Positions 21,471-32,869 are shown, counted from the first letter of the stretch. The stretch is DNA of 64,000 nt from Methanobacteriota archaeon (GCA_963720465.1 OY970393.1:1696001-1760000), one strand, 5' to 3'. The notes: generated by a model not told the origin, from the sequence alone. Program-made: numbers and translations.

Positions 21471-21781
21471 CAGACCACCGTCATCAGCAGCTCAAGGACG
21501 ATTATCGCAGCAAAAAGGTCATTTAATCCGATTATCGAACTATCAGTGGGGCAGTAGTTGGTGATCCCTTCGACCTCGGCGACGAGAGCGATGAGCGCGA
21601 GGATATACCGGCGATTGACCTAACCGCGTCGCCCTTTTTTTGCGATAGGTGAAACCAGCGATTGGACATTCGCGATCTTCTGCGCGCGCAAAACGTGTCC
21701 CGCGGAATGAGAACGATCAGATTAAATACTTTCCAAAAAGTCTGTATAGTGATTTTTCAGCAAACGGGAGGTGAAAAACAA

Positions 21782-22294
21782 ATGGCTGAACAAAAGACTT
21801 CCATGTGGCTACGCATAGCGGAGATCATCGCCGGGTTAATCGTCGTTGTATTAGGCGGCTATGCACTCGCGTATCCGGGAATAACCGCGGCGACGCTGAT
21901 CGCATTCCTTGCAGTCGGGCTTCTTATCATCGCGGGCATTGAATTGGTCAGGGTTTTTTCAGAAGGCATTTCAGGATGGCGCCGACTTCTTAACTTGATT
22001 CTATCGATTATCGCCCTTCTACTAGCACTAGCAATACTTGTGTGGCCGATCATTGTGGGAGGAGTGGCCCTCGGCTGGATTGTAGCCCTAGCGTTGATCT
22101 TCGCTGGTTTTGCGGCAGTTGCACGCGGCACTCCAGGAATGCTAATCGTCGGGATAATCGCGGTCATATTAGGCTTTGTCGCGTTAGTATTACCTGGAAT
22201 CGGCGTAGTCACGATAGTACTAGTGGTCGCGATAGGCCTAATCGTTTTGGGGCTAGAGTTGTTGGTATCAGGCCTCTTGGGAAGATGGGTGTGA
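21782..22294 (+). CDS. HdeD/DUF308-like membrane protein, copy 2
   Basis: Full-length paralog of 11975-12481 with the same RBS context and T-tract terminator. Confidence 0.78.
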   Translation: MAEQKTSMWLRIAEIIAGLIVVVLGGYALAYPGITAATLIAFLAVGLLIIAGIELVRVFSEGISGWRRLLNLILSIIALLLALAILVWPIIVGGVALGWIVALALIFAGFAAVARGTPGMLIVGIIAVILGFVALVLPGIGVVTIVLVVAIGLIVLGLELLVSGLLGRWV

Positions 22295-22620
22295 CTCCCT
22301 CCCTTCTCTTTTTTTACAGTCGCCGCTTGCATAGAGTATATATCGCCAGATTTCTGCAGAATAGACATGATGTGACTGCGTCGTGCACTGTCCGGGCACA
22401 CCTGTGACTTTGAGACTTCCTGCGTGGCTAACCATACAAGACTCGTACTGCCATTTTCAAAAATGGGCTGAGCCCGGCCCTCGTCGTTCGATCGTTAGAG
22501 GTTAGTTCGAGCCACTTTACGCGGACCCGCCTTGCGGTGCGGCACGCTGCGCATCCACTGCTTGACAGCCGCTCCAATAATGAGCGCCGTCGCGGTGGCG
22601 AGGGTATCCCGAGCTCATAC

Positions 22621-22746
22621 GTGTTGGCCTTAGCACCAGTAACGGTCAGCGGGATGGCTGCGAGGGGCGCGCGTAGTACAAGCCGCGATCGTGACCGCCG
22701 CCGTGCACGTGAAAAGCAAAACCAGGGGCAGGCTCGGAAAAAGTAA
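22621..22746 (+). CDS. Possible small Arg-rich protein
   Basis: LAPVTVSGMAARGARSTSRDRDRRRAREK; start uncertain. Confidence 0.3.
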   Translation: MLALAPVTVSGMAARGARSTSRDRDRRRAREKQNQGQARKK

Positions 22747-22815
22747 GCTAATGGCGAGTGGTACTTTTTTTGAAGCAGCACTCAAGCACGAACACGCGGA
22801 GGGATGTCCAAAGAT

Positions 22816-23770
22816 TCACTCTTCGCGCTTCTTCGCATCGACCGATTCTTTCAGGCCCTGGACCTCTGCTCGCATCCCTTTGAGCTCAGCGAGGTCAGCC
22901 TTGATTTCGTCAGTACGGTCCTCCAACGTGGACAGCTTGTCTAAGCGCCCCTCTATTGCGCTTAATTGCTCAAGGACGTTTCCGATGGTCTCTTTGCTTG
23001 CATCGGTGACTTTTTCTCGATCGGCCCTGAAGCGCTCAAGGAGGGCCGTCGTGGTGGTGGCCGTCACAAGGCTGGCAAATAGGACGGCAGAGATCATTGC
23101 GATGACCGCGATAATCCTGCCAAGCCCTGTGTGAGGCACGATGTCCCCATAGCCAACTGTCGTCATAGTGACGATCATAAACCACAGGGCATCGTTAGCG
23201 CTGCCGACGCTGGGATTAACGGGCGATTCGATCGAGTAGAACAGAAACGAGCCAACGATGATGACCAGCAAGTAGACGGCTAAGCCGTAAATGAGCCGCG
23301 TCTTTTCAGCAAAAGCGAGGACTTCTTTTTCGATTCGTCGCGAGAATCTTAAAAGGGCGACGATTCGCACGAGTCGCAAAAGCTTGAAGACGAGTGTCAG
23401 CGGCACGGCGACACCGAACGCAACGAGCGCAATGTAATCAAAAGGAATGATGGCAAGAATGTCGCTCCATTGGTACGCGACGTAGCTCAACTTGTTGTCT
23501 TCCTCGTTCACCCTAAACAGGTATTCGACCCACAAAAAGAGCACCACGACCGCATCAAACGTCGCTATTGCCTGTAAGCTGCCTGCTTTTAGGTTAAAAA
23601 TGACCGTAATGAACAAGAAAAAGGCATCAAAAATGATGAGGATAAAGCATAGGACTTCGTACAAAAAAGCGAATTCTCGAGCTCAGGCGAAAAACCTCGT
23701 TGAGACGACGGATTCTCGCAAAAATGTTGAAAAACTCAAACAATTCCGTAAGCTTCTCCGTAGGCTTCAT
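22816..23770 (-). CDS. 6-TM potassium channel with C-terminal coiled coil; probable +1 frameshift near the 5' end
   Basis: TMTTVGYGD filter; S4-like KLLRLVRIVALLR; RBS-led ATG at 23770 is out of frame by one T in the T6 run at 23663-23668. Confidence 0.88.
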
Positions 23771-24194
23771 AGTCCCTCTTAAGCTTGAGACACTCGATGC
23801 GGTCGCCCCAACCGCACGATGTGTCGAGTTAACTATTGCCGCATGCAATAAAAGTTACGAAATGACTCTGCGTAATCAGCTTACGAGCCTTGAAGCGAGA
23901 TTCGAGTTGTTGCATATTAGCGCAGCGAGGCTCCCAAAAAGCTGCACCGCGACTGTGGAGATCCGACAGACCAAAAGTTCTCTGGCAGACAGGGCCTACA
24001 AATTAAAGAAAAAGGGTATTTTTTCGGTCAGGCCATTACTTTCCTAGTAGAAACTTCGTCGATAACGGCCTGCACTTGAGGCGTCTAGCACCGCTGCTTT
24101 TTTAAAACTGGCGGTCTATAAAAAACAAGGCTGTTGCGGTATTTGTTGTTGGTGACCAGCCAGCAACAGTCGAATCCCGAAAGGAGACCTCAAA

Positions 24195-24731
24195 ATGAAT
24201 AAGCCATACTGGGCCTTGTTGATCGCGCTCATCGTGGTTGGGGCCGTGTTGGTAGCAGGTTGCACCTCGCCTCTAGCGAACAACACTTCACCCACGCCCT
24301 CAACGGCTACCTCACAAACGAGCGAACAACTTGACGCGTTTCTTACGCAGTATGTATCGTCACTTTATGGAGAGTTTAAGAACAACACAACCGTCCTCTC
24401 GTGGGACGTCAAGTGGCGAAACAACACCACGGTCAATGTTGTAGTACGGTACAACCTGACAGCAACCACGAGCGTTACTGACAACCAAACTATAACCCGT
24501 TTCCAAACCATTGACGACGCAACGAACTATGTACAAAGCCTCAATAAGTCAGGGTACGTTCTCACGACGAACGTGACGTCCCTCCAGGCGAGAGCGTACC
24601 AGTTGATCGCTGGCCAGCCTACGGTGCACCAAGAGTACACAAAAATCGCGATTCAAAACCCGACTTACAGTAACATCATACAAATCGATAGAATCGTTAC
24701 GCTTGAAACGCTGAGCATAAACCGGAGCTAA
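24195..24731 (+). CDS. Secreted lipoprotein, hypothetical
   Basis: LVAGC lipobox, S/T/P linker, many N-x-T sequons. Confidence 0.85.
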   Translation: MNKPYWALLIALIVVGAVLVAGCTSPLANNTSPTPSTATSQTSEQLDAFLTQYVSSLYGEFKNNTTVLSWDVKWRNNTTVNVVVRYNLTATTSVTDNQTITRFQTIDDATNYVQSLNKSGYVLTTNVTSLQARAYQLIAGQPTVHQEYTKIAIQNPTYSNIIQIDRIVTLETLSINRS

Positions 24732-24945
24732 CTATCTTAGAGTGACGAGGACGACTTATGTGATTTCAGCCTCGTCTGTTAAGTCAGAGCAGGAGCTCGC
24801 AAGTCCACTTAGCGAAGGCGGCAAGTGCGTGAAAAAAGTAGGTGGCATTCGGTTCAAAATCTGGACGAAAGACTACGTAGGTGATGATTCCCCGCACGTG
24901 CGAGCTGCCAGCCCACATGAAGGTTTATCGTGTGGGCTTCTGTAC

Positions 24946-26286
24946 TTAACTCGCCCCATCTCTTGATTGCCTTCGGCGCTTCGCAGTGCGCTGCGCCATG
25001 CGTGTTTTAAAGGCCGTACCAATAACGAGCGCTGTAGCGGTTGCCAGGCCAATGTACCCGAGTTCGTACGTGCTGGCGGTCGCCACGGTGACCGTGAGCA
25101 AGATGGCGGCAAAAGGCGCACCCAGCACGAGGGTGACAGCCGCTGCTATCACACTTGTGATAAGCAAGCCGGTAGGCACGCTCGGAAAGAGCAGGCTGAT
25201 GGCGAGGGCTATCATCGTGGAGGCGAACAACGTCGGGAATATAGGCCCCCCGAGGTACCCGCTCTTGAACGAGAGTCCCAGGAGGAGGACCTTAAGGATC
25301 GCCAAGCCCAGCAACATCAGTACTCCGTATGCTACCGGGTTAGCGAGGATCGGGTGAATCTCCGCTTCGCCGGAGAACAGCACCTCCGGAACGAAGTAGC
25401 CGACGATGGCAATGATCACCCCCGCTGCCATAACCCGTTCGATGAACCGGTCTTTGAACACACGATCCATTATCCTGCCGAAGCCCTGAAACGAAATGCC
25501 GATAAAGATAGCAAGCAGAGTGCCTATGATGCCGAGGATGACCGCATCTACCGCGTACGGAATCGTAAGCACATTCACCTGGGTGGCAGCTATGCTTGAG
25601 GCAAATCCTGGGTACCCGACAAGCACAAAGAAGATGTAGCCAATCACCCCAGCGACCAGGTTCCACGCGATCAGCTGCAGGCCTCCCTTCTCACCTCCCT
25701 GCAATTCGCTGGAGAACAACGCAGCGAAGAGAGGATTACCGATAATTCCGTTGAGGGCCGAGGCAAGGCCGGCTCCAGCAAACCCTAGTAGTGTTTCCCC
25801 TGTCAACTTGAGCTTAGTGCCGATCCACGCGGCGATGTCTACCACGAGAAAGATGAGAGGGCCTTCAGGACCGACGCTCGCCCCGGACAGCATCGAGAAA
25901 AAGGACGTGAGCAACGCGCCAGGAAACGTTGAGAAGTCGGGATTGAAGTTCGGGTCTGTCAGGACATCTTCCATGGTGCCGTGGATCACGTTCGGGGCGC
26001 GCATGTACTTCCCCACGAGCCCGACAAGCAGCGAGAAGAATAGCACGAGGACGGGGATCATCCAGCGGTTGGCTACGACGAAGTTGTTCTGCCAGAAGGC
26101 TGTGTTGAGAAGACCTAACGCTTCTAGCCACACCAGCGCGAAGAGGGCCGAAATCAAAGCTACAAAAATGATCTGCCGAATCTTGGGGGTCCGCTCGTCC
26201 GCTGAAACTCGTACCACCGGTGCGGGCTTATATCCCACAGAGTTAGCAGTTTCTTTCGTATCAGCCAAAGCCAAATCCTCCGACAA
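24946..26286 (-). CDS. ClC-family chloride channel/transporter (YfeO-like)
   Basis: GASVGPEGP, GYLGGPIFP motifs. Confidence 0.9.
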   Translation of the reverse strand: MSEDLALADTKETANSVGYKPAPVVRVSADERTPKIRQIIFVALISALFALVWLEALGLLNTAFWQNNFVVANRWMIPVLVLFFSLLVGLVGKYMRAPNVIHGTMEDVLTDPNFNPDFSTFPGALLTSFFSMLSGASVGPEGPLIFLVVDIAAWIGTKLKLTGETLLGFAGAGLASALNGIIGNPLFAALFSSELQGGEKGGLQLIAWNLVAGVIGYIFFVLVGYPGFASSIAATQVNVLTIPYAVDAVILGIIGTLLAIFIGISFQGFGRIMDRVFKDRFIERVMAAGVIIAIVGYFVPEVLFSGEAEIHPILANPVAYGVLMLLGLAILKVLLLGLSFKSGYLGGPIFPTLFASTMIALAISLLFPSVPTGLLITSVIAAAVTLVLGAPFAAILLTVTVATASTYELGYIGLATATALVIGTAFKTRMAQRTAKRRRQSRDGAS

Positions 26287-26963
26287 AGGTCTGAGTGCAA
26301 ATCGTACGATGCTCAGTAAAGCGGCCGAGCGTTTTTAGCTGACCGCACAAAGATCCCGTTTTTATCCTTGAGACTCGATTGCGAGAAAGAAGGGAGCTTG
26401 TGGATTTTAAATCTTTCCACTCTGTTCTAGGCCGTTCGGGCCGCTATCTGGTAAAAAAGGGAACGACCCATCAACGCATATTCAGCTTGAAAAAGTCAAA
26501 ATATCCATATTAACATCTATCAGACTTGAATCTGGACAATTACGTGCAGTATCTACCTATTAATCCTGTGAGCCCATTTTAGTTTTCCAGCTTTTTTTGA
26601 CCCGTTGGGCCTGCGCCCACTTAACCTGGCGCATAACCTCTTGCATAAACGCATCCATCCGTCCATACGCGAGTCGGCATCCTGATGAGGTGCGACGCGA
26701 GAGGAGGGCGATTGCTTGACCAATGCATCCTCTTTAGTTCGCTTGTCACAGCAGATGCGGCATAACGCGAAGATAAACCCGCATGCGGTTAGCCTTACAA
26801 AGACCCGACAAAGCCTAGCGCTGCAACAGGGACAGCATAAGCAATGAGCACAGCGGGTTCTGGTTTACCCGCCTTTCCACGCCCGAACCTTCTCAGCTCT
26901 GCCAAACAGGCCTGATCGATCATTTCGGTTCCTATATATAGTCAAAAGACTATTTTTTTAGCT

Positions 26964-27458
26964 ATGCGGACAAGGACTATCGCGGCCATAATAGTCGTCG
27001 TCGTCATCGTTATCGCTGTCGCGGGGGCCGCTTTTGTATTGACGCTTCAGGCCCCTCAAGTGCAGGGGGTGTCGGTACGCTCGATCGATAACGTGTCACG
27101 CTCGGGCTTTACCCTAACGTTTGTGATAAACCTGTATAACCCGAATGTCGTGGGCGTCAGCATCAAATCCCTTACGTACAACCTCGTATTGACCTCCAGC
27201 AACCAGGTCTTGAGCACCGGCTCGGCGACGGGAATCCAAGTCCCAGCGCGCGGGAGCGTCGAGATCCCCATACAGTCTACCATTTACTTCGGTGCTGCAC
27301 TCAGCACTGTGGTGCAAGCTCTCTTGGCAAAAAGCTTGATGATGAATGTGAACGGGGTCGTCACCGTGCATCCCCTCGGAATAGACGTTGGCGTGCCCTT
27401 CAGCCAGACGTTCGATGCATACCCGTACATAAGCAGCCAAGTCAGCAAGATCATTTGA
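26964..27458 (+). CDS. LEA type 2 (WHy) domain membrane-anchored protein
   Basis: N-terminal TM, LYNPN..SI..L.Y, VPARGS. Confidence 0.85.
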   Translation: MRTRTIAAIIVVVVIVIAVAGAAFVLTLQAPQVQGVSVRSIDNVSRSGFTLTFVINLYNPNVVGVSIKSLTYNLVLTSSNQVLSTGSATGIQVPARGSVEIPIQSTIYFGAALSTVVQALLAKSLMMNVNGVVTVHPLGIDVGVPFSQTFDAYPYISSQVSKII

Positions 27459-27525
27459 ATCGGCAGCAGGCACTCTTTCCGGCGGCCGGGTCTCGCAGAG
27501 TATCCGATCGAGTGAGAAGCTCTGA

Positions 27526-28983
27526 ATGGCAGCACGTTCAAACGACTTAGCAGGCAGCACCGCGCTTGTCCTACTGATCTTGAGCCTCACCGGCCTTATG
27601 GTTTCATTCAGCGAGTCCATGCTTATCCCGGCGCTGCCCACACTGCAGGCCGAGTTTCACACCACTGAAGCGGTGGTCGCCTGGGTTCCTGCTATCTACC
27701 TACTCTTAGGAAGCCTGACGACGCCGACATTTGGCAAGCTGGGGGACACGTACGGGAAAAAGAAGCTCTTGCTTGTGGCACTAACGCTCTGCACGATTGC
27801 CGTTATCGGGAACGGGTTCGCATGGAGCATAGATAGTTTGCTCGCATTTCGCGCCATTCAGGGCGTGGGGTTGGCAATGTTCCCCCTCGCATTCGCGCTC
27901 ATTCGGGATGAGTTTCCACCCGAGAAGGTATCCACTGCAACTGGAATCATCAGCGCGATGTTTGCCGTCGGCGCGACGATTGGCTTCATCGGCGGCGGAT
28001 ATATAACACAGACCTACAGCTGGCAGACAAACTATCACCTCTTGGCTCCAGTCGCCGCTATCGTAACGCTCCTCGTACTCTGGAAGATCTGTGAATCCCC
28101 AGTGCGGACTCCGTCGCGCCTTGATATCTGGGGCATCATGCTTCTCGGCATCGCGATTATCGGGTTCCTGGTGCCCCTGACCGAAGGTAGCGTCTGGGGG
28201 TGGACGTCACTCTACACGCTCGGCCTGTTTGCTATCGCTATTCTCGCCGTGATTGTGCTCGTGTATGCAGAGCTGCGGGTCCGCGATCCCCTCATCGACC
28301 TTAAGCTCAAAGGTGTCAGTCACGTCCTCGAGACCAACCTCATGATGTTCATCGCAGGCTTCGCGATGTTTATGGTATACCTCGCTATGGTGTACCTCAC
28401 GCGGACCCCCCCTCCGGTCGGCTTTGGTCTTGACACGTTCCAATCGGCGTTGGTCTTTGTTCCCGCAGGGCTTGTTATCCTCATTGCTGGTCCGCTGTTC
28501 GGAAGGATAGTGAGCCGTCGAGGCGCCAAGAATGCGCTGCTGCTCGCGTCCTTGATCGTAGTGGCGAGTTTCATATTCTTTATTCTGTTCAATGCGACGC
28601 TTGCTCAGATCGTGATAGGGACGGTGATCTTGTTCGCTGGTATTGGGGGTGTCTTTGTTGCCGCCATCAACGTTCTCATCATGTATGTTCCACCGAGCAA
28701 AACCGGCGCAGAAACGGCGCTTAATACGGTGTTCCGGTTTATCGGAGGCGCCGTCGGCACCGCCGTTGCAGGAGCGCTGCTTACTCTATATGAGGCCCCG
28801 ATTACAGTTGCCCTTCCGGAGGGGCCGACCGTGATCCTCGCACCAACGAATCAGGCATTTGCGTACATCGCTGTCGTTGCACTAATTTTGAGTGTCGTTG
28901 GCGTCGTGACGGCGTACGCGTTAAAAAGGGCCCCGGATATCGAGCTAGCAGACGATAAAGAGCTGCAAGTTCCTGCAAGCTAG
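27526..28983 (+). CDS. MFS transporter
   Basis: GKLGDTYGKKK, FRAIQGVG, LIRDEFP. Confidence 0.93.
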   Translation: MAARSNDLAGSTALVLLILSLTGLMVSFSESMLIPALPTLQAEFHTTEAVVAWVPAIYLLLGSLTTPTFGKLGDTYGKKKLLLVALTLCTIAVIGNGFAWSIDSLLAFRAIQGVGLAMFPLAFALIRDEFPPEKVSTATGIISAMFAVGATIGFIGGGYITQTYSWQTNYHLLAPVAAIVTLLVLWKICESPVRTPSRLDIWGIMLLGIAIIGFLVPLTEGSVWGWTSLYTLGLFAIAILAVIVLVYAELRVRDPLIDLKLKGVSHVLETNLMMFIAGFAMFMVYLAMVYLTRTPPPVGFGLDTFQSALVFVPAGLVILIAGPLFGRIVSRRGAKNALLLASLIVVASFIFFILFNATLAQIVIGTVILFAGIGGVFVAAINVLIMYVPPSKTGAETALNTVFRFIGGAVGTAVAGALLTLYEAPITVALPEGPTVILAPTNQAFAYIAVVALILSVVGVVTAYALKRAPDIELADDKELQVPAS

Positions 28984-29224
28984 AAAAAAAGCGCAAGCTG
29001 AGCGTAAGGCCCCTTTTGCAGAACGTTACCGTCCAGCTCAAAAGGAGCAGGCTGATTGCTGCTCGATTGCCTCACGAGTGCCGAGACTATTTACAATAAC
29101 GGTCAGTTTCGCGCTGCGTTCTACGCGTGCCAGTGGAGCGGAACTCATTTACGCGAGTGCGAAAAATAGTAATTAGGAGAAAGACAAGACCCGCGGGCAA
29201 CCCGCTGCGCGTCGTGGACACCGT

Positions 29225-30499
29225 ATGGAATCGACGAACTCACCACCAGCATTTCACATTCTCGCGAAACCGGCTGGCGCCACCTGCAACCTGAACTGTG
29301 CGTACTGCTTTTTCTTAGCAAAAGAGCAGCTCTATCCGCACAGCCGCTTCCGGATGACTGACGAGGTACTGGAATCATATCTACGTCAGTACCTCTCTGC
29401 GCAGCGAATTCCGCACGCGACGATCGCGTGGCAAGGCGGCGAACCGACCCTTATGGGGCTCGATTTCTACCGTCGTTCGATCGAATGCGAGCAAAAATAC
29501 GCACGTTCTGGCATAACGATTGAACGCACCCTTCAAACGAACGGGACTCTTCTGGATGAGGAATGGTGCGCCTTTCTCCGCGAGAATAAGTACCTCGTCG
29601 GTCTAAGCCTTGACGGACCGCGGGAATTGCACGACGCCTATCGAGTCGATAAGGCGGGACACCCGACGTTTGACCGCGTGCTGCACGCTGCACGTCTATT
29701 GCAAGAACACAACGTTGAGTTTAACATTTTGTGCGCGGTCAGTGCTGCTAATGTTACGCATCCGGCCGAGGTGTACCGTTTCTTCCGTGACGAAGTGGGG
29801 GCACAGTTCATTCAATTCATACCCATTGTCGAGCGGAATAACGAAACAGGCTTGCAGGAAGAGAACACGGTAACGGATCGCTCCGTGACGGAGGAACAAT
29901 GGGGCCGTTTTCTGATCACCATATTTGACGAATGGGTCACCCGAGACGTCGGTCGCGTGTTCGTGCAGCATTTCGACGCAGCATTAGCGGCGTGGGCGGG
30001 GGCGCCGCCTGCAGTATGCATCTTCTCACCGACCTGCGGCACTTCGCTCGCGCTCGAACATAACGGCGACCTCTATTCGTGCGACCACTTCGTTGGCCCA
30101 AAGTACCTGCTGGGCAACATCTTGGACACGCCGCTTATCGAACTGGTGTCCTCAGACGCGCAGCGGCAATTCGGACTGAACAAGCGCGACACGCTCCCCC
30201 GGTACTGCCAGGAATGTCCCGTCTGCTTTGCGTGCCACGGAGAATGTCCCAAGAACCGTTTTATAAAGGCACCGACGGGTGAATCCGGGCTGAACTATCT
30301 CTGCGCGGGCTATCGGGCCTTCTTTGCGCACATTGATCAACCTATGCGACAGATGACGGAGCTCCTGCGCGAGGGGCGTGCGCCGGCCGACGTGATGTCG
30401 AAGCACCGCCGGCCGACTACGCCGGCAAAGGCAGGCCGCAACGATCCATGCCCCTGTGGCAGTGGAGTGAAGTACAAGAAATGTCACGGAGCACAATAG
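29225..30499 (+). CDS. Anaerobic sulfatase-maturating radical SAM enzyme with C-terminal SEC-C motif
   Basis: CNLNCAYC, WQGGEPTL, YSCDHFV, SPASM cysteines, GRNDPCPCGSGVKYKKCHG. Confidence 0.95.
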   Translation: MESTNSPPAFHILAKPAGATCNLNCAYCFFLAKEQLYPHSRFRMTDEVLESYLRQYLSAQRIPHATIAWQGGEPTLMGLDFYRRSIECEQKYARSGITIERTLQTNGTLLDEEWCAFLRENKYLVGLSLDGPRELHDAYRVDKAGHPTFDRVLHAARLLQEHNVEFNILCAVSAANVTHPAEVYRFFRDEVGAQFIQFIPIVERNNETGLQEENTVTDRSVTEEQWGRFLITIFDEWVTRDVGRVFVQHFDAALAAWAGAPPAVCIFSPTCGTSLALEHNGDLYSCDHFVGPKYLLGNILDTPLIELVSSDAQRQFGLNKRDTLPRYCQECPVCFACHGECPKNRFIKAPTGESGLNYLCAGYRAFFAHIDQPMRQMTELLREGRAPADVMSKHRRPTTPAKAGRNDPCPCGSGVKYKKCHGAQ

Positions 30500-30709
30500 C
30501 TGGTGTAAAAAAACCAAGCAAAATGTGGTTTTGAAGCAGATCACTCCCCACATCAATGTGCATCCGAATTCGGTAGCAAAAATTCCCCTCTGCGAGTTAA
30601 TCTTATTTCTTTCTGTTTTGTGGGGAGTCGACCCGATGACTACAAAATTTAGTCCATCTCCGGAGAGCGTCGGCGCCGGGCGCTGTACCGTCAAATGGGA
30701 AGCCAGCAG

Positions 30710-31439
30710 CTAATCCTTAGTAATCCATCCCATGACCTCTTTCTCGTAATCGATGAACGGCTCACCGGCAACGTCCACCCCCACTCTGTCAATGGTCCCT
30801 CCCGTGAAGGCGAACGGTGGTACGTAGTCCGGCGAGACCGGAGACGCACTGTCGCGACCGACGCACAGCCCCTCGCCCACGAGGCTAAGGTATCCGGGCT
30901 GCGTCTTGATCTCGGACTGTCCCACCTGCTCGGTGTCAATATAGAGGGTCAGCGTGCCGAGGACGCTCTTGGTCTGTTGGTCTAGGCCTGTCTTGCTGAA
31001 TTCCGCACCGAAGGCGTGCCGACCAGTGCTGATCTCTATGTTTGAGGTGACTTTTTGAATGTCTTCCCCCAGCCAGTTGTAGACGTAGTGGAGCCTCTTG
31101 TCCTTGATGAACAGCGTGTGGCCACCCATGAGGTGACCTTGCGCGAAGAGCATGCCTGCCCCCTCAATGGTTTCAACAACGACGCCTGCAGCTATCGTGT
31201 ACGAACGTCCACGGATAGTGACTGCGACGCTCTCCGAGACCTCTGCGGTGTTGGGATAGTAAATATAACGGTTTCGTGGCTTCGTTGGTTGCGGCCGCGT
31301 CGAGTATCCAACATCATCCCAGATGATGAAGAGGATGTTCGGTGCGTTTTCCGGTGCAGTAGGCTGCACGAACGGCGTCCAGTTCAGGAGTCGCATCGCG
31401 GATATCGATGGCCAATTTACCCCTCCACTGTTCAGGCAT
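30710..31439 (-). pseudogene. Arylsulfatase with catalytic core deleted
   Basis: GAGGTGA-ATG MPEQWRGKLAIDIRDATP (frameshift) WTPF..APNILFIIWDDVGYS joined directly to the C-terminal RPQP...GLCVGRDSASPVS..FTGGTI domain; no C/S-x-P-x-R motif. Confidence 0.85.
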
Positions 31440-31599
31440 CGTGCGTCACCTCAAGTGAAAGGGGCTGCTTTTGACGGTGTAGTTATTTTTGGCTGTAGTT
31501 GCATTCATCATTGATTCCTCTAGAGTACGGGTAGAACGGCTGCAGTAGTGATAGCCAACGAACGCTATAAAAATCATGTAACAAAATGATTGTTGCTGA

Positions 31600-31712
31600 G
31601 CCCGCAGACCGTGGCACGTTAACGCAGCTGCAGGCTTACATTGATGTTAATGCAATACTTGCGGAGGCACCTTTTCGCTATAACGCAGCAGTTGGTCCGG
31701 AGCTCATAAACA
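31600..31712 (+). pseudogene. Second tyrosine-recombinase fragment (middle part)
   Basis: acgcagcagttggtccggagctcataaaca (31683-31712) matches 32581-32611; upstream reads GTLTQLQAYI. Confidence 0.5.
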
Positions 31713-31767
31713 CGCCCGATGATATAAAAAGCAGTGAAGAGTGACACTATGCAAACAGCCCGGGCCA

Positions 31768-32430
31768 CTACCGGCGCGCGTAATCCACTGCGCCGTGCTC
31801 CTTCATTATGCCGTACGCTTCTGTTTTGGAAGTAAAGTCCGCTACGCCCATCTCCTTGCGCAGCCAAAACCTACTCACCATGACGTCATTATAGAGACAG
31901 TGATAGATTTCGCACGGCTTCCCAGCATGCGCCAGACTGACCTCGCACACGTCGAGAAACGAATAGAACCCACGAAGCAGCGTCACGTCTCGGTGCCATC
32001 GCGAGCAAAAAGCCCCCACCTGTTGGTGACCACGTGCCCGTGGAGTCATATCTCCGCGCGATTCTGCTAGTCGGCGGTCTTTCTCGGCGCGGTAGAGCTC
32101 CACAGCTTGTCGCGCTCGTTGACCGAGCAGCGTCGTCAGGGCGTCTGATGCCGCTTCTCTCACGTCGTCGTGCGCGCCGGCCAACGCATCGATAAGCGGG
32201 TCGACCGCCCGGCTATCTCCCAACGCTCCTAATGCTCGGGCGGCCTCCGTGCGAACGACGTTATCTGCGTCGTCGCGCAGCACCCGGATAAGTGGCTCGA
32301 CCGCAGTCAGAATGCCGAGTGCCCCAAGGGCGGCAGCAGCCGCGTAGCGAATGTTTGCGCTGGCGTTGTCGAGCTCTTGAATGAGCGGTTCAACGGCGGT
32401 CCACGTGCCGCGCCATATAAAACTCGCCGT
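31768..32430 (-). CDS. HEAT/PBS-lyase repeat protein; ACG at the expected start position
   Basis: AVEPLI..L.D..VR..AA.ALG repeats; frame open from the ACG just after GGAGGTGA. Confidence 0.75.
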   Translation of the reverse strand, partial: TASFIWRGTWTAVEPLIQELDNASANIRYAAAAALGALGILTAVEPLIRVLRDDADNVVRTEAARALGALGDSRAVDPLIDALAGAHDDVREAASDALTTLLGQRARQAVELYRAEKDRRLAESRGDMTPRARGHQQVGAFCSRWHRDVTLLRGFYSFLDVCEVSLAHAGKPCEIYHCLYNDVMVSRFWLRKEMGVADFTSKTEAYGIMKEHGAVDYARR

Positions 32431-32574
32431 GGCGTCACCTCCTACGCTTCGTGCGTCGCATAGGTAGTCCCATAATGATTAGGTCCTCGCCGTATTTAAA
32501 GCACTTCTGCTGCGTGACCGCCGCTGATCGTTAAAGGGGGGCCGCATGACATTGAAGCCTCGCTAGAATCAACG

Positions 32575-32803
32575 TGACAAACGCAGCAGTGGGTCCGCAA
32601 GCTCCTAAACAAGTATACTAGGCTTATTGGCAAGGACATTCGCCCCCACACCGCAGCTTTAGTTTGCCATTAACAGCGTGTGGCACGGGGTTGACCTGCG
32701 TCGCCTGCAGCAAGTGCTAGGGCATACGAATATCAATACAACAGCAGTTTACTTACAGTTCAATGACCGGGATGCAAGAAGCGTATGCAAACGTGCCTTT
32801 TAA
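32575..32803 (+). pseudogene. XerA/XerC-type tyrosine integrase, C-terminal relic
   Basis: QQWVRKLLNKY..IGKDIRPHT (frameshift) FAINSVWHGVDLRRLQQVLGHTNINTTAVYLQ, i.e. box II with LGH and the catalytic Tyr. Confidence 0.9.
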
Positions 32804-32869
32804 TTATGGAGGGAGTTGTATAAGATTATGGGTGCTTTGGAAAAATTGCCCTTATTAGAGGTAAGTGAC

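Noticed and set aside
26680-26720. CTGATGAG hammerhead core (also near 53610)
   Set aside because: No stem II plus GAAA and closing stems in the right arrangement
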